DNA from: Corallochytrium limacisporum Hawaii
Taxonomy: Eukaryota; Protista; Pluriformea
DNA length: 64,000 nt
Direction: 5' to 3'
NCBI GenBank assembly: GCA_002811645.1
Contig: PDIP01000044.1
Coordinates: 1-64,000, forward strand
Shown: positions 42,359-54,324 of the stretch, piece by piece
Numbering within the stretch: the first letter of the stretch is position 1
How the letters are laid out: the number at the start of each line of letters is the position of its first letter
Notes under the pieces: generated by a model
Database searches by the model: none
What the model was told of the DNA's origin: nothing
What the model saw: the letters and a program-made list of their open reading frames with translations, nothing else
Translations under genes and position numbers: made by a program

Positions 42359-44418
42359 GTTGCTGTTATGTCCCAGAATATTGACTGTGTGTACAATCTA
42401 CCGTCTGCAAATGAAAATCGCAATTATTTCTGTTTTGGCTTCTCACAGAAATATGCTCGTTTAGATCTTTTTATTGTAGCTCACAGAAGTTGTCCCTGGC
42501 TTCCCTAATTTGTCGAATAGAGGAGTGGGTCCGCAGTTTTGTCACGTGTATTCTTTGGAGTCGTCCCTCATACGTGTTCCGGTGTTCGTACCAATTATAG
42601 ATCACATAAGTGTTGTAATTTCATACCTTTTCTGGAGCGTACTTGAAGGTGACATGTGTTCGCAAATTGTCATTAGTCCTGTTGCTTCCATTGCATGCTG
42701 TCTGTGCTGAAGAAAACCCTTACAAGACAAAATGAACAGTACAGGCTACGGAAAGATGCATGTGCACACAATTGGCACCAAATGTTTGACATCTACGCAC
42801 CCACACCGCCCAGAAAAATGATCCCAGATCGCCTAATGGTCGGGACGTCATTACAGCATCACCCCAAACAATTTTTTCCATTGTTTTTGTAAGGAAAACC
42901 GGCGCATCCCCTATCGCTCCGGCGATTCATTCCTCCCGGGGTGAGGAGGAGGGAGGGAACGAGGGAGGGTGGGGTGCGTGAGTGTGAGTGTGTGTCCTTT
43001 CCGCTCTTCCCTTCCCCGGGTACACCCTCCCTCCCCCCTCCCTCTCTCCTTCTCTCTCTCTCTCTCTCTGTGGGGATGGCCTTGCAGCCTTGCGGTCCCC
43101 GCTCTTTTTCCTCTGTGTCTGTGTGTGTGTATGGATCAGTCCCTTTTGAAACAAAGAGAAAAAAATTCGGGCAAGACCACAGGAACCAAAATATCAGGCT
43201 GGGGGCAAGCGCGGGCAAAATGGAGGGAAGAGAGGAAAGGGGGGGGGGTCCAGGCTTCGACGAAACGGGAAGGACAGGTGAGGTCCAGAGTATTGAATTT
43301 TGTTTAAATTTTCTTCACACTTTCCCCCCTCCCCCCACCTCCTCTCCCTAGGCCCTGCGCTTCCTTCCTTGCTTCCTTCTTTTTATCCCTTCCTTCCACT
43401 GAAAAAAAATGGGAAACCGTGCTCTGTCTCCAAACCGTCACAAGACCCCTCCTGCATTTTCTATACGCCTGTGCCCAACGGCGCAACCCTGCCGTAATTC
43501 GCACCTCTCCCTTCCCGGCGGCGGGAGACGGACCGCCGCCCGGGGGGGGGGTGGTCCCTTCTCCTCCTTCCCCGCGGCTCTCGGAGAGCAAGCGGGAGAC
43601 TCCCTTTTCCTTCCACGCAAAAGAACAAAAGGCCTCGAACTCTCTCTCTCTCTCTCTTGTGGCTCATGTGAATTTTTCGATTGATTTCTTGCCTTTCCGT
43701 CGTTTTCGTCCCCCTTACCCTTGCTCACGGTCCCCTCCCTGAGAATGGCTTTTTCAGGACCGGTGTGTGGTATTTTTGTCCTTTCTGTCTGTGTTGTCTA
43801 CCGCCTGCCTTGGTATTTTACTTTTTGATTCCCTCAATTTGCAGGAATCCCGAGTGTTTCACCACGGCGGAAGGAGGGGGGGAGGGGCCACCTCCCCGCT
43901 CAAAAGGCACCTTACTTTTATCGTCCTGCCATCGTGGTTTCTTTCTTTTTTTTTGCTTTGAAGCATGCCTTGCAGGGGGACTACTGTCTGTTCATACCGT
44001 GTACTGGCTGTCTTGTCATTTTGGTCTCTTTCTTCTGTTGACTGTGCGTTGTAATCATTGGCATCCATCAATCGAATCGATGGAAGGCCCGCAGATGACG
44101 GTGTGTGTGTGTGTGTGTGTCTGGGAAGAAACGGCCGGTTGTGAAAACACTGCTGCTGCCTTTGATTTTCTCCTCCCCCGAGCGGGAGCGTTGTGGTGGT
44201 AGTGTGTAGCAGACGTTCCACTGTGGCCCTGTGTTTGGGGTGTTTGTGGGTGCCGATGGGGTGAATGTGAGACATGGCCATGAATACACTAACATCACGT
44301 CCACGATCTCCGGTTTTGCGTAATACCGGTGTCATGCTGCCGGACGTTGCGCGCTTACTGGAGTGGTTTGGTTTGGTGTCTTGTGAGCGCGGGATGTCTC
44401 TGTGTCTCTGTGTGTGTG

Positions 44419-44495
44419 AGTAGTAGTAGTAGAAGTAGAAGTAGAAGTACTAGTAGTAGTCGTAGTACTAGTAGTAGTAGTAGTAGTAGAAGTAG
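44419..44495. repeat. (AGT)n/(AGTAGA)n compound microsatellite
   Basis: Seen directly. Confidence 0.9.
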
Positions 44496-44709
44496 GCTTT
44501 CCCGGCCCTTCTCACCTCCTCTCTCTCCCCTTGCAATGTTGGGCCTTACCTTATGCCACGGTTTAAGGCAGAATTTGGGTCTGCATCCGATAAGCATCGA
44601 CGGCGGTCTGGGCTTGTGTTTTGCTTGGGTTTTTCTTTACTTTTTGTTACTTTTTGTTAGAGTTTTTCCTTCGAAACCCTTTGTGGTTGCAATTCAGGGG
44701 CCGGGGTCG

Positions 44710-44736
44710 TGGTGGTGGTGGTGGTGGTGGTGGTGG
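44710..44736. repeat. (TGG)9 microsatellite
   Basis: Seen directly. Confidence 0.9.
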
Positions 44737-46284
44737 AACAAAGAGGACTGGGAGTATGATATGAATACACTTAAGATAGGAACTCACAACTTCAGGCGCA
44801 CGCGAGGTTTGTTTTTTTTTTTTTTTGGTGGACCAAGGCCGAAAAATAGCCACCACCACCACCCCTCCTCTCCTTTGGGGAGGAGAGAAAGAAGAAAGGG
44901 GCTGGGGTAGGACAAGACATAGAGGCATATGGCTCCAAAGCACCCAAAGTGCAAAGTTTGGGAACGGTTGCGTCCACAAACGAATGATTTGGGCAGGGAG
45001 AGGAGGTTGGGGGGGAGGGGAAAGAAGGGAGGAAGGAACTAGTTCGGGGGTCCTGAGCATGCTATGCGGTGCAGGGTGCTGCTATGGTGAATGTATGAGA
45101 TCTCTAGCGCAAGCTCCAAGCCCGCGCCAATTTTTTCTTGGTGTTTTCCTCTTCTTCTTCTCCTCACCGGGTTCCTATACACCAATAAAATACAGTGAGG
45201 AATCGTGCTCCAGCCTCTTCTTTCCCGATTGATTAGGTCAACCTAAAAAAGATTTCACGCCGCTGTTACCCACCTTTCCCGCCCGGCAGTACGGCCGGTA
45301 TGGCAGTATATGGTATGCCTTGGGCCAGTTTGGTTGGGGTTGGTTCTACTGAACGGATCGGTCCGAGATCGAAAGCGAAAAAGAGAGGGAGGGGGGGGGG
45401 GGGGGAGAGGTGAGTGAGTGGGGAAGAGTGGGCGGGAGAGTTGGGGAGGATGTGTGAAGCGCGCCAGCGGGGCGGGGTGGGGCGCAAAGGCCGCCTTACG
45501 CAGCAGAAAAATGGCTTCCAAATTAAAATCAGACTCCCGTTTGCCCCTGCAGTGAAGAAGGGGAGGGGGGTGACTTGGCCGATTACCAACTTTTTTGGCC
45601 ATTGTACTGCATACCCACTCTCTCTGTTCTTGCCTACCAGCGCCGGATCAAAGTCCCCCAAGGCACAAAAAGTTTTCTTTGTTGGTGGTAGTGGTACAGT
45701 GTACTTGATCAAACGGCAGGACAAAAAGGCAAGTGCGAGACATGTGAGATATATATATATATGGAGATTGAAAGAGGGTTTGGTCCCTTCCCAATCATGA
45801 ATACGGCGGGACACTTTCCTTTACTATTTTGTTTTTGTTTTGACGGGACGGGAATGTTTAGCCTCTCATTTAGTGGTATATTATGTATCGCGGATATCCA
45901 CACCATCGATCCTGTCGGGAGTCTATTTTGCCGACAGGGAGACCCCAACATACCCTCCCACCAGGAAAGCAAAAACACGGGAGAACTGTGGGCCCATGCA
46001 AATGAAGAGGAAAAAATGGGCCTGTTCGGAGCTCGGTTAGGTGGAAATCCGCGAGATGGAATACGAACCAGAGCGAGTAAGAAATACAAGGAAAAAAATA
46101 GGGAAAAAAAAAGGAAAATACATAATGCAGGAATTCCTGTCACGTCCCCCGGACCCCGACTTGGGAAAAAGAGAAAAAAATGGATGGAAAGGGAACGACA
46201 AAGTTTTGGCATAGCCGGTCTGTTGAGGAAAAAGGGCAGGGCGGGAGAAGGAAAGGGGGCCAAGGGAAGGGGAGCGGGGAGAGT

Positions 46285-46324
<40 letters not shown>

Positions 46325-46397
46325 AGAGGGACAAGAGAGAGGGGGTGGGGAAGGCCGGGGAGGGGGAGGTAGTTGATCGGGCGCAATGGAGACAAAA
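46285..46397 (+). repeat. Direct repeat copy 1 (about 113 bp: GA tract plus G-rich unique tail)
   Basis: Matches 47624-47736 with one visible mismatch. Confidence 0.9.
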
Positions 46398-47578
46398 GTA
46401 GAATAATCAACCTTTCCTTTTCTCACACCACACCCGGTTTTCGTACCATTGCGCAGCATAAGGGACTCCCAATTCCATACCTGCACTATACGATCTCTCC
46501 CACACACGTCCACAGCCACAGGCCTCTGTGTACCTTCCGTACCTTTTCATTTGCAGCAATTCTTCATTACCACCAATGTCCATGTTGCACGACTCCGTCT
46601 GCTGTTTCTCATTGTCTCGGTATACGTACAGTGATGTTATTTTTGCACAGTTGGGGGTATTCCGGTTCCCTGAGAAGTGACAAAGCATGTGAATAGGAAA
46701 CCTGGACCCCGCCAGCCCCCCCCCCCTCCCCGGGGGAGAGGGGAGCTCGGATGGCAAAAGCAGCAGAAGAAGGCATGTCCAGCCCGGCTCAGTTTGTCGA
46801 ACATTTAGTACTGGAACTTAGCTGGGAGAATGTGGAAAGGTTATGAAGAGGACTGCCAACCCCCCCCCCCGGGCGGGACGCTCTCCTCTCTCTCTCTCTC
46901 GCGGCTGCTGGTGGACACTTTGACTGCCGTTTACGTAGTAGCGTGAGTGTGAGACCGACGGAGGGCCTCCGCGGGGGGGGGGTGTGTTGTACCGGAAAGC
47001 GATAAATGGTGTGAAAATTCTTCTTTTCTATTCGTTTGCTTTTCTAGCCCCTGGGCGGCATGTCTGCTGAGTTTTGTTACCCCGATTGGATCGCATCGGT
47101 GGAGAAAAAACACGGGAACTCGATAGCGTGTGTTGTATTTCATACTGAATGTGCCAGATGTTTTGTAGAGATAGCAATTTTGCCTCGGAGTGCCCGCAAA
47201 CACTCAGTACGAAAGGACGTTCACACCGGGCACACGGGCGTGAATTTCTTGTGTCTCATTCTGGCTATGGAATTCGCACCATCGCGCGAGACGGGACGGC
47301 TCGCTTGGCCACGAATGACGAAAAGGGTAAGGAACGGTGTTGAAACGGAGAGGGAAGTTATGTGTTTTTTCTTTCTTTCTTGCTTGGGGAATTCATGGAT
47401 GTCAGTGTTTGTATAATTAATGTATGGAGCATAAAGTGGGAAGAATCGTGATAACTCCGAATACCGGTGGTTCTGGTGCATGGCTGTGGTTAGGCTTCCG
47501 AAAGGCCCTTGTTTTCTCAAGTTTTCCTTTTTTCTCTCTTTGTTTGCACGGCGCGCTCGGGAGAAAGGACCAAAGAAA

Positions 47579-47582
<4 letters not shown>

Positions 47583-47663
<81 letters not shown>

Positions 47664-47738
47664 AGAGGGACAAGAGAGAGGGGGTGGGGAAGGCCGGGGA
47701 GGGGGAGGGAGTTGATCGGGCGCAATGGAGACAAAAAA

Positions 47739-47795
<57 letters not shown>

Positions 47796-47806
47796 GAGCG
47801 AGAGAG
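47583..47806. repeat. Long (GA)n tracts enclosing direct repeat copy 2 (47624-47736)
   Basis: Seen directly. Confidence 0.9.
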
Positions 47807-48917
47807 AAGGGGGAGCGAACTGAGAGCCAAAGAGAGAAAAAAAAAGTATAAGTGAGGAGGGCCAGCGACGGCTGTTGTGACGGCCTGACCGAGGCGAGCG
47901 CTGAGTGGCTGGATCTTCTATTGCGGTCCCCGGGTACCGTCGCTCTGCCACCCCGGGGGTCTCCTTTTTTCCTTTCGATGTTGGCCCCCCCCCTCTCTTC
48001 ACTCCCTCTGTCCCTCTCCTTTTTTCCTTGTCTCTTTTTTTTTCATTTTTTTTTTTGGTGTTCGTCACTCACCGGCCCGTGTTTTTATGCGGGTCCTGGT
48101 AGTCCGCGGCTGGAGAAGGGGCCGGGACGGGTGCCCTTGGGAGAGACCGGGGTGGGGGGGGGATGGAAAGTGTAACCTTGGGGCGTTGGGTGACATTGTG
48201 CGATATAATCTTAGGGGTTTCGCGGGAATGAATGCAACGCGTACCTATCGGGATTGGAAGGACGAGCCAGGCGCGCTCATGAGAGGATCGCCAGCCATGC
48301 TCGCTCAGCGAGAATTGTAGGGAGACAAGAGACAGGGACAGAGAAAGGACTCACGAGGAGATCGAGTCCCACACGCGCGATGCTGCCTAGTATACCATCG
48401 TTCGTGGGTTAGTAGTGCTCGGATCCGCGGCTCACGCATCAACCACCTTCAGTACTTGGATGGCAGGATGCTTGCTTGATGACATGGGCTCTGAATCCGC
48501 GCCGGATGCTCCGATTGATGGCGGGCGCACGGTTGAAGATATTTTTACCTTTACATGCTGAATTGGCAGGGACAATGTTACGGCCCGGGACACTGGCTTT
48601 CGCATCGTGATGATCAGCGGGGCAACCCGAGCCTAAGCAGCAGTAAGGCAGTGAAGAAATGACTTGTGCGTGCGTCTTGGGTGAAAGTCCTCTCCTGTGA
48701 ACAACGTATGCCACTTGGAAGATTTAAAAGGACCAGACGGCTTGAGTCTATTCTGTGCAGGAGCAGTAGTGTCCCTTAATGGTGAAGACAGCGATTTACA
48801 TCTACGAGTCACTAAGCCGGATGTATCTAAGCACTTGCCCGAAACTACAAAAACCCATACAGTTGTTCTTTAATAACGAATTCATCTATCTTCGCAAACT
48901 CGCCACATTAGCCCTTC

Positions 48918-51900
48918 TTACCGGAGCGACAAACGTGGAACAATATTCATGGCCATGAGCTCCTGGAAGAGCAGCTTGCATGCGTATGGAATATCTATAG
49001 AAGCAACGTGGCGAGAAGTATTGCAGAAGTTACACCAGCCTGAGTACCCCATTAACCCACAATTCTGACACACATCAACCTTGAACTGGTCGGAAGCGAC
49101 CATCAACCGTTCCATGAGCAGTGAAGATGAACCGTAGCCGATGAGACAGTCACGTTCCATCTCACCGAGGCGCAAACCACCGTCTCTGCTGCGACCTTCG
49201 GTAGGCTGGCGCGTCAGGACGGCCCGCGGCCCGCGGGCGCGAGCGTGCATCTTGTCTACGACCATGTGTTTGAGTTTCTGGTAGTACACGGGGCCAAAAA
49301 AGATGTACGACTCGAGGGGCTCACCGGTAATACCACTGGTTATGTACTCCTTGCCCAGGTAGTTGTAGCCGCGCTTGCGAAGCTCACTGCACATATCCTC
49401 CACCTTGGCCCCACCAAAGGCCGTACCGTACTTGTACTCACCATCCATGACTGCCACCTTTCCGCTGATTAGCTCCATGAGCTTGCCCACGGTCATGCGA
49501 CTCGGAAAACCATGGGGATTCATGATAATGTCGGGACAGATGCCCTGGTCGTTGAAAGGCATGTCTTCCTGGGGCACGATCAGACCACAGACGCCTTTCT
49601 GTCCGTGTCGGCTACTGAATTTGTCACCAATTTCTGGAATACGTGTCTGGCGGAGACGAATCTTCACCAACATGTAGTCATCCGCATTGGAAGTCAGCAT
49701 GACCTTGTCGACGTAGGCATGATTTGGAGCGCGATATACCAGGGGGTTACTGATCCAACTGTTGGCCTCCGGCGGGCCCTGAATGGTGTTCTGGGTGTTG
49801 CCAGGCACCTCCTTGTTGACCAGAACCGCCCCAGGATCTACCCGCTCGTGTACTCCACACAAGCCGTCCTCCTCAAGAATTTCAAAGCGTTTGGGAGCCC
49901 GACCTTCCTTGTCCTGGGGTGCAGGCATGATCCGATCATGGGCACTGTTGGGATAACGACGAATGGTCAAAGCATGCTTGCGGTACACTACGCAGCGGCC
50001 GAATCCACGGTCGATGGAGGCACGATTGAGAATCAGAGCATCCTCGATGTCGTAACCAGAGTAGGACATGACGGCCACAATAGCATTCTGACCTGCCGGC
50101 AGCTTCTCAAATCCAGAAAGTTCGATTGACTTTGTCTTGACCAGGGGACGCTGGGCGTAAACCATGGTGTAGAGCAGAGTGTCAAAGCGGTGAAGTTGGT
50201 TGTACCCGATGACACCAATGCTCTGTTTACCCATGGCACACTGGTACGTGTTGCGGGGGCTCTGGTTGTGGTGCGGGAATGGCACCAGACCGGCACAGAC
50301 GCCGAGGATGGTGAAGGGTTCAATCTCCACATGGGTGTGATCCGAAGTGAGCTGAGACTCATACATAGCGATGTAGGAATCGTTCTCTTCGTTAACGTCC
50401 AGGTACTCCATGATGCCCTGACGCACAAGGTCCTCAAATTCAATCTGGCCAGACGCGACGGCATCAATGTGCTCCTTCTTGAGTTTGGACACACCGTTCT
50501 CTGCCACAATGCATGGGCGGCACACACGGCCTCCGTCGGATGCCACGCTCAGCATGCGCAGCTTCAGATTGATGCACACAGACACGAACGGATCGATACG
50601 ACCCCTGCGACGCAGGATTCGGATGGCACGTGCAAGGCGATGTGGATGCTTTGTGAGACCAGTGAGACCACCATTCAGGAACACCAGGAAGGTACCCGGC
50701 TGGTGCATGTCTTCCCCGCTGACTGCCAACAAGCTCTCCACGCCCATGTTGTAGAGAAAGCGTTCAATGGGCTTCTCATCAATGTCAGTGGTAATGTGCG
50801 TCATTAGTGCCAAATTTTTAACCAGACCACAGGCTTCACCTTCAGGCGTATCACTGGGACAGAGCATACCCCACTGCGACGGCTGCAGGGAGCGCGGGCC
50901 ACTGACCTTGCGTGTCTTTTCGAATTGCGAGGAAATGCGAGTCATCATACCCAGCGCACTGATATAGGACAGACGACTCAGGACCTGCGTCACACCCTGA
51001 CGTTCCATTTTGAAACGCTTGACTGTCCAGTTGCCAGTTGCAATTGCATTTACCATCCCGTTCGTGATTGTGTCCTCACGGAAATGACGAACAATGTCAA
51101 ATTGCTGCGCGCGTTGCTTGGGAATGGTCTGCTCAGCAATCTTTTTCAGGTCCGAATTGAAGCGCTTGAATAAATCCTCAAACAGAAGACTGAGCAGCCC
51201 ACCGGCCAACTCCAAACGCTTGTTCCCGTAGTAATCCCTATCGTCAGCTTGTTCGCTGTCCTTCTGCGCGAGTATTACTCTGCGAATCATCACACCCAGG
51301 TATGCGCACTTGGTCTTGAAGTTAAAGTGCTCCACAGTAACGTGACTGAGCACCAGCGAAGTGAGCAGGTCACGGGCCTCATCCACGACAGTCTTCCGAC
51401 CGTAAAAGTTTCCACCCGACACGGACGTCTTGGATGTTGAACCGGCGGCATGGTTGCCGCCTGTAGGATCGTTGGCATTCGCATTGCCGTTCGAAAGCAT
51501 ACCAAGATGTCCGTTACCAAGGATTCCTTCTTTGCTGTCCTCTGGGATCGAAGTCCGTTGAGACGTGTGCCCAGTGCCATTGGCACGCCCGCCGCCCAGA
51601 CTCAGGGCCGACTGTCCCTGCAAGGCGGAGGAAACGCCCGTGTTCTGCCCGGAATTCATACCACCCGGCGTGGTGGTGGTGTTCGGGTTGGTGCTGCCGG
51701 CCTGCATGGGAGCAGCACCGGCGCCGTATTTTCGCGCCTGACGGATGCGCAAACCAATCCACTCCAATGCCTGCATCTGGGTGTGAACTTCAAGGGTGTG
51801 GCACTCCTCCAGGGAGGGTCTCAAGGCCGCCAAAATGTGCGGCTCCGTTCCGACGTATTGTGAAATTTCCAGATCGTTCAGACCGCTCATGGCCTTCATC

Positions 51901-52766
51901 ATGATGGCCACAGGAACATCTTCCAACAGTGCGTTCTGGCGGACGTAGTATTTACCATGTTTCACGATCACGTTAGTTCTGCTTTTGCGCTCCTGTGTGC
52001 TACTGGTCACTTGTGCACCGGCAATACCTTTGCGGTCGTGCTCAATAATTACACGGTTCTTGCTAAGTTGTTCCTGAATCAAAATTACCTTCTCTGTACC
52101 CTTGACAATAAAGTAACCACCGGGATCTAACGGACACTCTCGCAATCTGGCCAGTTCAGCGTCCGATTTGCCATTGAGAACACACTTACTGCTGCGCAGC
52201 ATGATGGGGATGCGACCAATGCTTATGTCGTTTCTGCGCACTACATCGTTGCCGCGTGTGTACTCAACATCTACTGTGACTGTGGCAGAGTAGGTCATGT
52301 CTCTCAGCCGGCAGTCATGTGGACTAATGCCCTGGCTAACGGTGAAGATTTCCTCTGCAGTCGGCGTTCCAACGTGGACATCTGTGTAGGTCAAGTAGAA
52401 GTTCGGATCCGCGTCAATGACTAACAAACGATTCGCGTTCACAATCTTTTTCATATCCACCTCAATAAAATGATTGAAGCTCTCAATGTGTTGCTTCACA
52501 AGGCCCTTAACTGCCAGGTATGCAGGCAGCAGTCTCCACTTGTCCTCCAGAGATTTCACTGGAGCCGTGAGTAGGGCAGGATCATTCACAACTCCTGGCG
52601 TCTGCTTCCGACCCATTACTTGGGCTTTACTACTATGTTTCTTAACATTCTTACCAAAGGATACGGTTCGACCTTTAGGAACATCCTCTTCCTGCTTAAC
52701 CCTTGAGCGGACACCAGCAGGGTCCTTGCCTTCGCGTTTCACGCTTGCTGAGGCGGCCCGTGCCAT
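48918..52766 (-). CDS. POLR3B: RNA polymerase III second-largest subunit RPC2
   Basis: [94 protein letters not shown]. Confidence 0.97.
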   Translation of the reverse strand: MARAASASVKREGKDPAGVRSRVKQEEDVPKGRTVSFGKNVKKHSSKAQVMGRKQTPGVVNDPALLTAPVKSLEDKWRLLPAYLAVKGLVKQHIESFNHFIEVDMKKIVNANRLLVIDADPNFYLTYTDVHVGTPTAEEIFTVSQGISPHDCRLRDMTYSATVTVDVEYTRGNDVVRRNDISIGRIPIMLRSSKCVLNGKSDAELARLRECPLDPGGYFIVKGTEKVILIQEQLSKNRVIIEHDRKGIAGAQVTSSTQERKSRTNVIVKHGKYYVRQNALLEDVPVAIMMKAMSGLNDLEISQYVGTEPHILAALRPSLEECHTLEVHTQMQALEWIGLRIRQARKYGAGAAPMQAGSTNPNTTTTPGGMNSGQNTGVSSALQGQSALSLGGGRANGTGHTSQRTSIPEDSKEGILGNGHLGMLSNGNANANDPTGGNHAAGSTSKTSVSGGNFYGRKTVVDEARDLLTSLVLSHVTVEHFNFKTKCAYLGVMIRRVILAQKDSEQADDRDYYGNKRLELAGGLLSLLFEDLFKRFNSDLKKIAEQTIPKQRAQQFDIVRHFREDTITNGMVNAIATGNWTVKRFKMERQGVTQVLSRLSYISALGMMTRISSQFEKTRKVSGPRSLQPSQWGMLCPSDTPEGEACGLVKNLALMTHITTDIDEKPIERFLYNMGVESLLAVSGEDMHQPGTFLVFLNGGLTGLTKHPHRLARAIRILRRRGRIDPFVSVCINLKLRMLSVASDGGRVCRPCIVAENGVSKLKKEHIDAVASGQIEFEDLVRQGIMEYLDVNEENDSYIAMYESQLTSDHTHVEIEPFTILGVCAGLVPFPHHNQSPRNTYQCAMGKQSIGVIGYNQLHRFDTLLYTMVYAQRPLVKTKSIELSGFEKLPAGQNAIVAVMSYSGYDIEDALILNRASIDRGFGRCVVYRKHALTIRRYPNSAHDRIMPAPQDKEGRAPKRFEILEEDGLCGVHERVDPGAVLVNKEVPGNTQNTIQGPPEANSWISNPLVYRAPNHAYVDKVMLTSNADDYMLVKIRLRQTRIPEIGDKFSSRHGQKGVCGLIVPQEDMPFNDQGICPDIIMNPHGFPSRMTVGKLMELISGKVAVMDGEYKYGTAFGGAKVEDMCSELRKRGYNYLGKEYITSGITGEPLESYIFFGPVYYQKLKHMVVDKMHARARGPRAVLTRQPTEGRSRDGGLRLGEMERDCLIGYGSSSLLMERLMVASDQFKVDVCQNCGLMGYSGWCNFCNTSRHVASIDIPYACKLLFQELMAMNIVPRLSLR

Positions 52767-53309
52767 ATTTCGGTCTGTTCCCTAGTAACTATTCACCAAT
52801 TGGTACCTGAATCTTGGGCCTTTCTTGCCACCACTACGCTTTGATTTTGTTCACATCGTGCAAACTTCAAGACTGATCCGTATTTCCATGGCTGAAGGTT
52901 GGGTTGATGCTACATAATCGGTCTTCACCTACACGCTTCTATTGTGTTCAGCATGAAGTAGCATATCCCAAAAAGTGCAAGCGGAATTCCTGTGTACGCC
53001 AGTCAGGGGGCAGTAAGTGCAGCAGCAGTCGACGAAGGTGGGAGCAGGGATCTTAGTGGGGTCGTCGCGCATTGAAACCTGCATGTGTATTGAAGTAAGT
53101 CTGGCGAAACCGTGCGGGTCTGTGTGCCACCGAGTATGACCGTGTGTGGGGAGGCCACGGGGGCCCCAGTAGGGGGCACAAGGCTCCTCCCCCCCTTCTG
53201 GGAGTCCAGTGGCTGCTGAGACCGTGTGGTCCCCTGCGCGGTGCGATGCCCACGCAGCCTCCGACTCAGAGGGGGGCCTCGGGCGATAAAAAGGGCCGGG
53301 GGGTTGGGG

Positions 53310-53378
53310 NNNNNNNNNNNNNNNNNNNNNNNNNNNNNNNNNNNNNNNNNNNNNNNNNNNNNNNNNNNNNNNNNNNNN
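53310..53378. other. Assembly gap (N run) between G-runs
   Basis: Ns. Confidence 0.99.
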
Positions 53379-53565
53379 GGGGGGGGAGGGGTAGGGACGG
53401 GCAGGACACGAGATTCTTTTGGGATGGTTCAGAGCACCCACACGAGAGAGATGCCACGGTAATACACCGCGATCAGGTATGAGTAGAAAGCAAAATGCGC
53501 AGAGCAATGAAAGAATTTTCGGCCAAGGCAGGCTAGTGACTATTTTGTATATCGCGTAGTGAAAT

Positions 53566-54243
53566 ATGCCAACATTAGTTGATGATCTCCGCGCTCTGCT
53601 ATCAGAGCAGGAGGAACTGGTCGAGCTGCGCGACAAGATCCGCGAGAAGGTTCGTGAAATGGATGTTCAGGGGAAGGAAATGCAGAGTTTTGCACAGCAG
53701 GTCCACACACATCCGGGGGATTTCAGTCAATTGCCCATGGAGTCCTTCACAACAGCGACCGCGGAGTTTCGTCGCTTTCTCAAGGAACTTAGTTGCATGG
53801 TGCCAGAACAGGAATACTTTCGATACAATGATCTGTGGCGTTCAGTGCTCCAGCAGGCTCTGGCCAGTGCCGCTTTGATCCATTTTTGTACGCGTCGCAA
53901 TGTCATGACGCTGCAAGATGTCGAGACCATGTTTGGCATGCCTGTGGCTATGGACAATAGGTTCCACATTGATCTTGATGACTATCTTCAATCCCTGTGC
54001 CTCATGGCCCAGGAATTGAGTCGTTTGGCAGTTAATCGCGTGGTCACGGGAGACTACAACATGCCTATGAACATTGCACAGGTTCTTCGCGAATTGTTTG
54101 GTGCCTTTAAGCTTCTGAATCTAAAGAACGATAATCTTCGGCGAAAGTTTGATGGTCTTAAGTATGACCTCAAGAAAGTTGAGGAGGTAATCTACGATCT
54201 TACTATTCGTGGTCTTCTGACCACGGAACAATCCGCATCATAG
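53566..54243 (+). CDS. TSN: Translin
   Basis: EYFRYNDLW, FHIDLDDYL...ELSRLAVNRVVTGDY, LLNLKNDNLRRKFDGLKYDLKKVEEVIYDLTIRGL. Confidence 0.95.
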   Translation: MPTLVDDLRALLSEQEELVELRDKIREKVREMDVQGKEMQSFAQQVHTHPGDFSQLPMESFTTATAEFRRFLKELSCMVPEQEYFRYNDLWRSVLQQALASAALIHFCTRRNVMTLQDVETMFGMPVAMDNRFHIDLDDYLQSLCLMAQELSRLAVNRVVTGDYNMPMNIAQVLRELFGAFKLLNLKNDNLRRKFDGLKYDLKKVEEVIYDLTIRGLLTTEQSAS

Positions 54244-54324
54244 AAACCTTAGCAAATTAAAAAACAATAGGTCAAGCCATAGAAGCAGACAAAACCACCT
54301 TTTCTATTACTCTCCAGTTCTTGA

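Noticed and set aside
42859-48320. Many ORFs with poly-ER, SL, S or W translations
   Set aside because: They are translations of microsatellites and homopolymers with no domain signal
48600-48700. CGGG-GCAA-CCCG GNRA hairpin, GCCTAAG and GAAAGTCC suggesting SRP or RNase MRP RNA
   Set aside because: SRP helix 8 and the MRP CR-V element are missing; isolated short motifs. An Infernal scan would settle it
48450-48873. Protein-like plus-strand frame containing LKGPDGLSL
   Set aside because: Several stops, no start and no second supporting motif
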